Assembly: GCA_963727825.1 (NCBI GenBank)
Contig: CAVSHO010000003.1
Coordinates: 1-49,282 of the forward strand
Origin: Ignavibacteriota bacterium
Lineage (GTDB): Bacteria > Bacteroidota > Ignavibacteria > UBA10030
Length of the DNA stretch: 49,282 bases
Direction: 5' to 3'
A program made the translations under genes and the position numbers. Numbering within the stretch: the stretch's first letter is position 1; every line of letters begins with the position of its first letter. Positions 9,940 to 18,338 of the stretch are shown here, piece by piece. The notes under the pieces are model-generated. The model saw only the letters and a list, made by a program, of their open reading frames with translations. It did not search any database and was not told where the DNA came from.

Positions 9940-11247
9940 TCACTGCGTCATACGAAAGTCAATCGGTATCATGATTTTTGATATTACAGGGCCTGTGGAC
10001 ATCATCGCAGGTTTAAAACTATATTTCATAACAGCTTCAATTGCGGCATCGTTAAAAATGTCGCTGGCACTTTTTACTACTCTAGCCTGAATTGGTTTAC
10101 CTTGCGCATCGATAGTAACTTCAACAGTTACTCTACCTTGAATTCCTATTTTCCTTGCAATTTCTGGATATACGGCTGGCTCACGATGAATTAACTCCGG
10201 TTGAGACTCAATAGCAACAAATGGCACTGGTGCAGGTGAACTTTCCACTACCTTGGTTTGTGGTTGAGCCGGTTGCTGTGCTGGGGTGTTAACAACTGGC
10301 TGCGACACTGGTTGTTGAGTCGGTTGAACGAGTGGCCGTGACTGTTGTGTTGTTGCTGGTGTTTGAACAGGTTTTTGTTCCGCAGCAGCAGGTTTTGTAT
10401 CAGGTGGTTGCTTCTGGATTTTTACAGGCTGTTTTGCTGTTTCTGTGATTTGCGCAGGCTCTTTTTCAGCTTGAGGAGCAGGGGTTGCCGCTGTTGGTGA
10501 TGTTGGAGTTACACTTTCCTTTGAAGGAATAGGTTGTTGTACGGATACTTGATCGGTGGGTTGGCTAGTGGAACCTTTTGAAAAAATGAGCCATGATCCA
10601 ACTAAAAGAATAACGATTGCCGATCCCGCAATTATGAACATCTTTGGTTTGTTAGATTTTTCAGTAATTTTATCTTTTTCTCTCTCTGATTCAGCAACCG
10701 CAGCGATTTTTTTGCTTTCCTTTAGTACTTCTGTTGGTGGTGCTTGCGATTCTCCATGTTCCTGTAGTGCAGCGAGTTGTTCGATTTTTTTCTCATACTC
10801 TTTTGCGACAACACTTCCAGGTTCTATGATATAGATACGCCGAATCTCTTCAAGCGCTCGCTGATATTCCTTTTTCTCCACATAATCATCGGAACGCTGA
10901 AAATACTGGTTTTTTAATTTTTCAAGCGCTGCTTCTTTCTGTATTTTTTGCGAATCATCCGTCTTTGGACTAATTATATGGCGTTGCACATCGCTGATGG
11001 CTCGGTCAATCATAGCAGGAAGCGATTTAATGATTGCCGTACGGTTTTCCGCTTGGAGGGCAGGATCATTTAATTTTGCAATTTGTTTTTCGATGGCGAT
11101 GAGGTAAATGTTTTTTGCATCTGCCGCTTTCACTTCTTTCATAGACTCCAGAGCGTCAACGAAATTATTTGCCTCCGCTTTCCGGTGGATTTCTTGTAAA
11201 CGATCAATAATAAATTGTTGTGTATCCATTTTTTCTTGTGGTTCCAT
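9940..11247 (-). CDS. TonB C-terminal domain protein with N-terminal cytoplasmic TPR-like hairpins, single TM and Pro/Gln/Thr-rich linker
   Basis: C-terminal YPEIARKIGIQGRVTVEVTIDAQG...FNDAAIEAVMKYSFKPA (TonB_C); TM MFIIAGSAIVILLVGSWLIF; two N-terminal repeats resembling those of the upstream gene. Confidence 0.85.
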   Translation of the reverse strand: MEPQEKMDTQQFIIDRLQEIHRKAEANNFVDALESMKEVKAADAKNIYLIAIEKQIAKLNDPALQAENRTAIIKSLPAMIDRAISDVQRHIISPKTDDSQKIQKEAALEKLKNQYFQRSDDYVEKKEYQRALEEIRRIYIIEPGSVVAKEYEKKIEQLAALQEHGESQAPPTEVLKESKKIAAVAESEREKDKITEKSNKPKMFIIAGSAIVILLVGSWLIFSKGSTSQPTDQVSVQQPIPSKESVTPTSPTAATPAPQAEKEPAQITETAKQPVKIQKQPPDTKPAAAEQKPVQTPATTQQSRPLVQPTQQPVSQPVVNTPAQQPAQPQTKVVESSPAPVPFVAIESQPELIHREPAVYPEIARKIGIQGRVTVEVTIDAQGKPIQARVVKSASDIFNDAAIEAVMKYSFKPAMMSTGPVISKIMIPIDFRMTQ

Positions 11248-11274
11248 GCTACTGTTTAGTTAGGAATACTTCTA

Positions 11275-13968
11275 TCAGCTTCCACCCATCGCTTTTTCGT
11301 TCGGGTAGACTAACTTTAGAGTTTGACCAGTTTGCTGAGCATGACGAATTTCGTTCTGCCGTACTCGGATTTCCGCCTTTTTAACTTCCTTATTCAAAGG
11401 ATCGATCACATAAGCTTTCGCTAACTCATCAAGTGCTTTCGCAAATTCCTTTTGCTTCTGGAGCTCATCCGCCGTTCTCAGATGTATCCATATCAGCTGA
11501 TCCCGTTCTTCACCCTTTATATTTGATTCAGTTGTTTCTTGTGTGGCTTCCAGTTCAGCAATCTCAGCATCTGCCTGGGCTTTCACGATGTCTTCTTCAA
11601 GAGTTTTTAAATCAACGTTCTCTGGATCGATCGTCATTCCAAGAGCAATTTCCATCAAAGCTTCATCATACACTTTTTTAGCAAGGAATTCGCGCGCTTG
11701 ACGCAGATGCTGTTTGAGAGATGCTTGATTTGCGTTCTGATCTTTTTGCGCTTGCCAATCAATCAACTCCTGCTGCATCTGCTTTTTAAGATCAAGCAGA
11801 TCTTCGCGTGCAGGATCGATAGCTAATGCTTGATTTATCTCAGAAATGGCTTCTTCATAACTTCGGAGAACTCTGCATTCCTTTGCCCGGAAAAGATGTT
11901 TTTGAATGACTTTTGTATTTTCTTCGGAATGTTTCCGCATTTCAAATGCATGCTGTGCTTTTTCGATTTCTGCTTCAATTGATTTTAGTGCGTCGAGTTC
12001 TGGATCGAGAACGATAGCTTCGGTAATAATCTTTAAAGCATCTTCAAATAATTCTTTGTTTAGGTATTCTTTTGCTTTTAAAACGAAGTCTTCAATTTTT
12101 ATATTCTTTTCCTCTTCAGCTTGCTTCTCTATCCACTGTTGATGTGCGTCTTGTATCTGTTGCTCCAACATCTTTAGATCTGCATCATCCTGATCGTATG
12201 AATATCCGTCTATTACTTCAGTAAGTGCTTCATCGAAAGCTTCACGATCAAGAAATTCCCTCGCACGTGTTTTATGCTTGTTGATTGCATTTTTCCGAGC
12301 TTCTTCTTCTTGCTTTTTGTGTTGTTCTTCCTGGTACTCGTGAAACTCGGCTTGAAGTTGAGATTCAAATTTTTGAACTGCTTCACTTAATGGATCTAGT
12401 AAAAATGCTTTGGCTACTTCGTCAAGTGCTCTGCTATATTCATGCTCAGAAGCGTATTCTGAAGCTTCTGTAAGATAGCTGGAAATTTGTTCGCTGGTTT
12501 CATCAGCTGTTATTGTTGCAGTATCTTCTTTTGCCGTTGCCGTCTCTTGCGCTTTTATTTCGTTCTGTGAAGTCATAATTTCTTGTTCCATCCGTTTCAC
12601 ATCTTCATCAAACGGATTGACAATGAACGCAAGTGCTACTTCACCAAGAGCATCTTCGTACCTTCCCTCGGACATATATCCACGAGCTTTTGTAAGGTAC
12701 ACGAAAACCTTCTCTTTGTCGGCACGGCGTTTTGCTTCTGTTTCTGCGCTCTCGCCAAGCATAACACGTTCGCGTTCTGATTCTTCGAGCTGGCGAAGTT
12801 CTTCCTCCTGCTGTCGGCGCACATTTTCTTCCGAAAGGTGTCGTTGTTCTTCGGCAATTCTTAATGCTTCTTCCTGTGCTGTTTGTATGCGCTTCTCGCA
12901 TGCCTGCAGAGCTTCGTTTATCGGATCTAATACATATGCGCGCGTTATGACTCGTAATGCTTCTGACCACTTTTGCTGATTGGCAAGACGTTCGGCGTTT
13001 TCAATATGCTTTTGAATGGCATTAGTAATTGCTTCACGCTTTTTCCGTTGTTCTTCCTCGCGGCGATGATACTGCTCCAATTGTTCGGCTTGTTCTTGCT
13101 CTTGTGCGTCTCGGATTTTCCGTTCCAAACTAAGAACATCCTCATTCAGTGGATCTACTACAACAACAAATGCAAGTTCACTCAGTGCTTCGTCAAGCCT
13201 GCCGTTACTCAAGAATTCTTCAGCGCGTTTCAAATATTGGGAAATCTTTTGTTGCTGTGCCTGATTGCGTGCTTCTTCTTCTCTTCGCCGTTTTTCTTCT
13301 TTCTCTTGTTGTATACGCGCCATTTGAGCTTTTAAAAGTTCCTGGCGCTTCTGGTCTGCTTCTTGTTGTTTCTGAAGTCGTTCTTGATCAATTCGCAAGC
13401 GTGTTTCTTCTTGCGATTTCCTTATGAAATTTTCTGTTGCATGAACTTTATCATTGGCAGGATCTAACAGGTATGCACGTGCTACTTCATCAAGAGCGCG
13501 GTCAAAATCCCCTTTTCCTAAATAATCTTTCGCACGCTCAAGAAAGATGGTAATTTTTGATTCGATAGCTTGGTGGCGGAGCTCTTCATTTTTCCGACGA
13601 TCTTCTTCTTCTTTTTTACGTAAAACTACATCTTGTTCTTGTTTAGCAGCTGCAGCGGCAGATCGTTGTGCTTCTACGATAGCAAGATTAGAAATGTGTT
13701 CGAGGGTAGCCGATATCGGTTGTGGCTCTGTCGGTTGTGGAAGCGTATCACTGCCATGTCCAGGTTTTTTTGTTGCTACAAGTGCACGTACGCGTTCTTC
13801 ATACGCCAGAGCATACAAATTTCTTGGATCTCTTCCGCGCGCCTTTGCAATTTCCTCAAGTGCTGTGGTATAATCTCCTTCCCTAACAAGTTTGTCGGCT
13901 TGCTTTAGGAATATCGCAACTTCTTTTAATTGCTCAGCGCTTCTTGGAGAATCTGAAGCTTTTGCCAT
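11275..13968 (-). CDS. 897-aa cytoplasmic protein with 11 dispersed TPR-like helical hairpins separated by coiled coils
   Basis: Repeat L..A......G.Y..AL.E.A.A...DP.N..V...E..I counted 11 times; E/Q/R/K-rich spacers; no signal peptide or TM; RBS AAGGAG. Confidence 0.8.
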   Translation of the reverse strand: MAKASDSPRSAEQLKEVAIFLKQADKLVREGDYTTALEEIAKARGRDPRNLYALAYEERVRALVATKKPGHGSDTLPQPTEPQPISATLEHISNLAIVEAQRSAAAAAKQEQDVVLRKKEEEDRRKNEELRHQAIESKITIFLERAKDYLGKGDFDRALDEVARAYLLDPANDKVHATENFIRKSQEETRLRIDQERLQKQQEADQKRQELLKAQMARIQQEKEEKRRREEEARNQAQQQKISQYLKRAEEFLSNGRLDEALSELAFVVVVDPLNEDVLSLERKIRDAQEQEQAEQLEQYHRREEEQRKKREAITNAIQKHIENAERLANQQKWSEALRVITRAYVLDPINEALQACEKRIQTAQEEALRIAEEQRHLSEENVRRQQEEELRQLEESERERVMLGESAETEAKRRADKEKVFVYLTKARGYMSEGRYEDALGEVALAFIVNPFDEDVKRMEQEIMTSQNEIKAQETATAKEDTATITADETSEQISSYLTEASEYASEHEYSRALDEVAKAFLLDPLSEAVQKFESQLQAEFHEYQEEQHKKQEEEARKNAINKHKTRAREFLDREAFDEALTEVIDGYSYDQDDADLKMLEQQIQDAHQQWIEKQAEEEKNIKIEDFVLKAKEYLNKELFEDALKIITEAIVLDPELDALKSIEAEIEKAQHAFEMRKHSEENTKVIQKHLFRAKECRVLRSYEEAISEINQALAIDPAREDLLDLKKQMQQELIDWQAQKDQNANQASLKQHLRQAREFLAKKVYDEALMEIALGMTIDPENVDLKTLEEDIVKAQADAEIAELEATQETTESNIKGEERDQLIWIHLRTADELQKQKEFAKALDELAKAYVIDPLNKEVKKAEIRVRQNEIRHAQQTGQTLKLVYPNEKAMGGS

Positions 13969-14026
13969 TCTCGCTCCTTATTGGGGAGACTTAATTATCT
14001 GCCAAATAAAACACACTTGGCGTAAC

Positions 14027-14055
14027 ATATTAGATAATTTCTGATTTATTGTCAA
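14027..14055 (-). promoter_or_regulatory. Sigma70 promoter for the TPR-repeat/TonB operon
   Basis: TTGACA (14055-50)-17 bp-TAATAT (14032-27). Confidence 0.6.
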
Positions 14056-14160
14056 TAAAACATGTAATAAACCGGAAAAAGATGACAGCATAGAAGGGGA
14101 TGTTTTAAGAATGCCGTTGCATCAGTAAAACTGCTACACTATTAAAAAAAGGAAAACCAG

Positions 14161-14235
14161 TCGGGGTGAGAGGATTCGAACCTCCGGCCTCCTGCGCCCA
14201 AGGCAGGCGCTCTAACCGGGCTGAGCCACACCCCG
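14161..14235 (-). tRNA. tRNA-Pro(UGG), intact copy (integration site)
   Basis: CGGGGTGTGGCTCAGCCCGGTTAGAGCGCCTGC-CTTGGGC-GCAGGAGGCCGGAGGTTCGAATCCTCTCACCCCGA. Confidence 0.96.
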
Positions 14236-14237
14236 AA
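14180..14237. repeat. att core copy 1 (5' 56 nt of tRNA-Pro plus 2 upstream nt)
   Basis: acctccggcctcctgcgcccaaggcaggcgctctaaccgggctgagccacaccccgaa, identical to 21236-21293. Confidence 0.95.
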
Positions 14238-14304
14238 TAATTTTAACTAATTTCGACAACTTCTAACTTCGTGTTGAGTGATGTGTCGATTTTATTTCAC
14301 TCAC

Positions 14305-14326
14305 TTGGTAACCAATTTGGTAACCA
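14305..14326. promoter_or_regulatory. Putative integrase arm-type sites (pair)
   Basis: ttggtaacca x2 (14305-14, 14317-26), 12-bp period; similar to gcaaccaa x2 at the other end. Confidence 0.6.
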
Positions 14327-14335
14327 TCGACCTCG

Positions 14336-14387
14336 AATAAAAAACGTCAAGCGAAACGGAGCTTCCAATTCCAAAACACTTGACGTT
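14336..14387 (-). terminator. Terminator at the end of the element's replication/HTH operon
   Basis: Minus strand AACGTCAAGTG...CGCTTGACGTT then TTTTATT. Confidence 0.65.
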
Positions 14388-14508
14388 CTACTCTTTCGAG
14401 TAAATTTCTTTTTGCTTTTTCCGGAAGCTTGTTTCTTTAAGTCTTATTTAATTTACGAAACAATGACAGCGAAGGCAAGGAGAATTCCGGTAAACTTTTA
14501 GTATAGTT

Positions 14509-14919
14509 TTAGTCAATTACATATTTTGTTCCCTGAAGTTCATCTTCAAAGATATTTTCTATACCACCCTCTGAGTATGATACTCCCCTCAACTCTCCAG
14601 CAATTTTTTCTTGTAATGTTATGGCAATTGCTAAAAGTTTTTCATCTGGTGTGTCCTTAAATGTTCGCTTCTCCAATTCCGCCTCTACTTTTCGGAGCTG
14701 CTTTGCAAGCCGTTTAATTCTTTCCTGTCTTACAAGTTGGAATTCTTCCGCCAATGCCATATACCGGATGAATGATGCTTCTGAAATCTTCACTTTGAGT
14801 TCACCTTCCCAGTTCATTAGTGTCGGTTTAGAGACTGAGATTTCTTTTGCAATCCGGTCAAAGGAATATCCCTCAGCCCTTAGTTGTATAAATTGTTCTT
14901 TTGTTGTTGTGTCTTTCAT
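14509..14919 (-). CDS. HTH protein resembling a phage small-terminase N-terminus (136 aa)
   Basis: MKDTTTKEQFIQLRAEGYSFDRIAKEISVSKPTLMNWE HTH then coiled coil; ATG 14919 after RBS AAAGGA; TerS role is inference. Confidence 0.6.
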   Translation of the reverse strand: MKDTTTKEQFIQLRAEGYSFDRIAKEISVSKPTLMNWEGELKVKISEASFIRYMALAEEFQLVRQERIKRLAKQLRKVEAELEKRTFKDTPDEKLLAIAITLQEKIAGELRGVSYSEGGIENIFEDELQGTKYVID

Positions 14920-14962
14920 TTGCGTTCCTTTTTTTAGTGTCAGTTTGTTGAAGCATATCGAA

Positions 14963-15160
14963 CTATATTGTATTAAAATCATGTTGAAGCATAGAAAGCA
15001 TTTTCATTCCGGTTGCTGTGTATTCTCGAATATATCTGCCTATATCTACACCTTGATTTGCTGTGATCTCTCCCGTCCACATCTTTTCTTCTACAAGTTC
15101 ATTAGCTTCTGTGATTACAGTGAGCATGTCCTCTTCAATTCGTTCAATCGGTGTTTTCAT
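14963..15160 (-). CDS. Small hypothetical protein of the element
   Basis: MKTPIERIEEDML...; AAAGGA RBS before ATG 15160; co-oriented in the operon. Confidence 0.55.
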   Translation of the reverse strand: MKTPIERIEEDMLTVITEANELVEEKMWTGEITANQGVDIGRYIREYTATGMKMLSMLQHDFNTI

Positions 15161-15265
15161 AGTATTCCTTTTTATAGCTTCCGAGTTCACAGTTCTTTCG
15201 TTGTATAACAGTGGAGTTCCTTTTATCTAAATATGTAAATAGCTCCCTTTTTTATAGTGTCGAAT

Positions 15266-16492
15266 TTATGAAAATCGTTGACTTGCAAGATCAAACATGA
15301 GCTTGATATTTCCTCTTGCACCGTCTCTGTTCTTTACGATATTCACCTCAACTTCTCGTTTCTTTGTTTGGAGTTCCTGAAAATCATCTTCCTCAGCCGT
15401 TAAGATAATGGCAAGAGAAGCGTCATGACCAAGTCCGGAAGAACCATAGAGAGAAGCAAGGGAAGGTTTTCCCATGTGCAACTCGTTCCGGTTGAGTGCC
15501 GATGCTACGAATATGTGAACACCGTTTTTCAACGATAGTTGTCTCAATGTTTCGGAAACGAATTTGATTTCCTGGAATTCGTCTTTACTCCCGCCTTTGC
15601 TTGCGAACACTTGAAGATAATCCACAAACACGAGCTTGCTTCCGGTATGGATTGCATGTTGAATTTCATTCACAAGGTTTCCGAGTGTTCGCTCTGAGGC
15701 AATCACAAGATGGAACGGCAAGGAATGGATTTCATTGAGAAATGGCTTCGTTAATTCCTCATATCGTTTCCCTTTTCGGATCTCTGTAATGTCCTTTCCG
15801 GTTGCAATTCCGTTCAAACGCTCGAAGATTTGTTCCGATGTCATTTCCCCTTCGATGAAGGTAGTATGAAAACCGTTCTTTGCTGCGTGAAGTGCTATTC
15901 CAAGCATCAAGGAAGTCTTTCCGCTTCCAGCTTGTCCACCAATGATGGAGAAGCCACCTAAATCAAGTCCACCGTTTGTCATTGTGTTGAGGTATCGGTA
16001 CCCTGTAGGAATTCGTTGTACTCCATCTCTTGAATTTTTTAACACATACTCAGCATACTCATTCAAGAGGTCTGTTTTATTCTTCCTTGTGTGCCGGTGA
16101 ATGAGTGAACTTGTTTCATTTTCATAAGTCCGGAGCATGTCCATAATCTCAAAGCAATCTGTTGCATCGGTTATCTTCAAAGCCAATACTTTTCCTTTTT
16201 CAGTGATTGTTTTCTCTGTGAGCAAGTGTGCAAGTGTCGAAAGGTCTGCATTGTTCGCCTGTATCTCTGAGAGTGATACGGTTTCATTATTATCGAGCTT
16301 TCCTTCAACGGCTATATTCACAAGGTCAATGTCAATTTGCTTGGCAATGATGGAGTGAAGAGCTGCAATGATTTTCTTGTGCAATGGATTTTTAAATAAT
16401 TCTTCTGGTAGTGATCTCTTTACAGATAAGAACCGTTCCGGTTTATAGAGTATAGCACCAATGATATTTTTCTCTAAATCAATTCTTTTCAT
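15266..16492 (-). CDS. DnaB-like (SF4) replicative helicase, element-encoded
   Basis: Walker A GGQAGSGKTS, FIEGEM, VFVDYLQ, ALNR, IVKNRDGARG; N-terminal LEKNIIGAIL...F....HKKI. Confidence 0.92.
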   Translation of the reverse strand: MKRIDLEKNIIGAILYKPERFLSVKRSLPEELFKNPLHKKIIAALHSIIAKQIDIDLVNIAVEGKLDNNETVSLSEIQANNADLSTLAHLLTEKTITEKGKVLALKITDATDCFEIMDMLRTYENETSSLIHRHTRKNKTDLLNEYAEYVLKNSRDGVQRIPTGYRYLNTMTNGGLDLGGFSIIGGQAGSGKTSLMLGIALHAAKNGFHTTFIEGEMTSEQIFERLNGIATGKDITEIRKGKRYEELTKPFLNEIHSLPFHLVIASERTLGNLVNEIQHAIHTGSKLVFVDYLQVFASKGGSKDEFQEIKFVSETLRQLSLKNGVHIFVASALNRNELHMGKPSLASLYGSSGLGHDASLAIILTAEEDDFQELQTKKREVEVNIVKNRDGARGNIKLMFDLASQRFS

Positions 16493-16919
16493 TTTCTATC
16501 CTATCTAAATACTGCATTGTCTCTTTTGCATTATTTCTTTCATTCTTTCTTTCTTGTCTGTGTCCTCTTGCTGTCCCTTTGCTGTCCTGAAAATCAGATT
16601 GAGATTGAAAAGAGTTCCATTTTACAATGGTGAAAATCGTTTTTTTGTTATCCGATTTTGTGTTTAAGTTGCCATATTGCTTCAGTCTATCAATGCAATT
16701 CCGAAAAGTTGAAGGTTTCATATTGCACTCTTCAGCACCGGCAAACCGTCCGGAAATGAATTGACCGGCACAAAGAGTTACTTCCTGTCCACCGAAAGCG
16801 ATCTTCCGTTCTTTATGGTTCGCTCTCATTAAGCACCAACACCATAACTTCCATACGTTCGCATCTTCAAAGACAGCACTATGCAACGATTGCCTGTGAA
16901 GCTTCAGCCAGCCTTCCAT
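16479..16919 (-). CDS. Phage replication initiator / replisome organiser (N-terminal wHTH type)
   Basis: MEGWLKLHRQ...WKLWCWCLMRANHK...GQFISGR, typical of phage O-like initiators; overlaps the helicase start; internal iterons. Confidence 0.8.
   Translation of the reverse strand: MEGWLKLHRQSLHSAVFEDANVWKLWCWCLMRANHKERKIAFGGQEVTLCAGQFISGRFAGAEECNMKPSTFRNCIDRLKQYGNLNTKSDNKKTIFTIVKWNSFQSQSDFQDSKGTARGHRQERKNERNNAKETMQYLDRIENEKN
16561..16590. repeat. Putative iterons / origin inside the initiator gene
   Basis: tgtcctcttgc / tgtccctttgc / tgtcctga at 16561, 16572, 16583 (11-bp period), next to a T-rich tract at 16518-16556. Confidence 0.55.
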
Positions 16920-17311
16920 TATTGATCTTTAAATAAGGAAGGTTGAGGCAATTCTTGTTTTTCTTCGATATCTCTCTTGCCGAATTCTTCCAATGGCAGA
17001 AAGATTTGACGTTCTAAATCATTCCGTTTGAAGTGTAAAAACCGTCCATGCCTTAGCAGAAAGTTTCGTGTGGTTTTCAGGGTCTCGAAACCGGTATTGA
17101 CCTCAACCTTGTCAAAATACAGTCCACCTTGTTTCATTACATCATAGCTGAAGCCGAAAGCGTGGAATTTATTGAATAGGTGCTTTACTGGGTCTCGTTT
17201 GACTGTGAGAGTTCGTTCTTTGACCTCTCCTATCATTCGATGTGGTTTGTATGATTTGTGCAGTAAGTTTAGAAATAACTTACCGTCTGAGGTGAGTTGA
17301 AGGTTTTCCAT
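16919..17311 (-). CDS. Hypothetical protein, first gene of the replication operon
   Basis: 130-aa ORF; GGAG RBS; TAATG coupling to the initiator. Confidence 0.75.
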   Translation of the reverse strand: MENLQLTSDGKLFLNLLHKSYKPHRMIGEVKERTLTVKRDPVKHLFNKFHAFGFSYDVMKQGGLYFDKVEVNTGFETLKTTRNFLLRHGRFLHFKRNDLERQIFLPLEEFGKRDIEEKQELPQPSLFKDQ

Positions 17312-17330
17312 CGTAGGAAGCTCCGTTCTG

Positions 17331-17420
17331 AAAATAAAAAACCGGTGAGGGAAAATTATGATGAAAAACCCTCAACGGTCTTTTGTTTCCAAATTGTAAG
17401 TAACTTAGTATCATAATTTT
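17331..17420 (-). promoter_or_regulatory. Attenuator-like leader (terminator plus anti-loop sequence)
   Basis: Stem ACCGTTGAGGG/CCCTCACCGGT with U-tract; loop ATCATAATTTT is complementary to upstream AAAATTATGAT (17420-17410). Confidence 0.6.
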
Positions 17421-17479
17421 TTTGATATAAGGTACTTCCGATGGAAAGCCTTAACTAATTTATAAATAATTTAAGATTT

Positions 17480-18118
17480 TTAAGTTATTTCCTTCTTCTT
17501 TTTATATTCTGTTAATGAGGCATACTGTCTAAGTTTATGGTATAATTTATTCCCGCTTTTGAATTTCTTTTGGGAGGGCATTCCATTAGGGCAAATATCT
17601 ATTCCAATTTTATATAATATTTCTGGAGGAATAGTTTTCCCTTTGACGAGATTAATTCTAAGACAAGCATTTCTGAATTTGTCTATTAAGTCATCTTGGT
17701 CAATTGTTTGTTGTTTTTTTTCATTTGTGGATTGCTCTTTCTCTTTTTCACTTTCAATATTCTTTTTCCTTAATGCTGCCTCAATCAGACCTAATTGAGT
17801 TTTCAAGTAATTTCCTTCATGGATTATTAATGTTTCATTTATTGTAGTAAGACCATCCTTTGTAGTTCTTTTTCTCACCTTGACCGGAGAGGGGGGAAGT
17901 TTTGCAATCTCTTCAGACTTCTTAATATACTCATCCTCTAATTCCTTTCTTGTCATTCCCTGTAATTTCATGGCATACGGATTTTTTTCCATGAGAAGTC
18001 GCTCATAATATTCATCGAAGGACTTATCATTTTCCCGTTTATAAAATTTCTGTGAGCGTATACGAGCTTCAGCTTCAATTTTATGCTCATCTATTAGGCC
18101 GTTCATGGATACCTTCAA
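17480..18118 (-). CDS. Hypothetical Lys/Glu-rich protein
   Basis: 212-aa ORF (start TTG 18118 or ATG 18106); no motif recognised. Confidence 0.7.
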   Translation of the reverse strand: MKVSMNGLIDEHKIEAEARIRSQKFYKRENDKSFDEYYERLLMEKNPYAMKLQGMTRKELEDEYIKKSEEIAKLPPSPVKVRKRTTKDGLTTINETLIIHEGNYLKTQLGLIEAALRKKNIESEKEKEQSTNEKKQQTIDQDDLIDKFRNACLRINLVKGKTIPPEILYKIGIDICPNGMPSQKKFKSGNKLYHKLRQYASLTEYKKKKEIT

Positions 18119-18126
18119 TCATAAGA

Positions 18127-18214
18127 AATCCACTGCCGGCAGTCCGTCCACTGCCAACAATGGATTATATTTTCACCTTTAGGTGAATGAACGATTGAGA
18201 AGGGACGGCTTCTC
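18127..18214 (-). ncRNA. Structured cis-regulatory RNA candidate with kissing loops
   Basis: Three hairpins; loops CCGUCC and GGACGG are complementary; the 17-bp stem's three mismatches are all G-U on the minus strand. Confidence 0.6.
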
Positions 18215-18338
18215 TATCTTTATCAGCATCCTATTTTATAAATTTTGGAAATACTTTGTTTTTTCCAACGGTGGAGGTGCTATGAGAATAATCCAAAATA
18301 AAATTTCCATAATCCTCAATCCTTGAATTAATGATAAC

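Noticed and set aside
709-13908. Many short antisense or alternative-frame ORFs over nfnAB, the RND operon and the 897-aa gene
   Set aside because: Shadows of long, well-supported genes; no RBS or motifs
14236-14350. Element-supplied sigma70 promoter for the intact tRNA-Pro
   Set aside because: TTGACG (14350-45) has no acceptable -10 at 16-18 bp, and the TAAAAT boxes (14294-89, 14245-40) lack a properly spaced -35; a weak promoter cannot be excluded
14946-14993. 12-bp direct repeat tgttgaagcata x2 as a possible pac or binding site
   Set aside because: Only two copies in AT-rich sequence; compatible with chance
14621-15208. 195-aa plus-strand ORF
   Set aside because: Antisense to two genes with good RBSs; Ser/Phe/Cys-rich shadow composition
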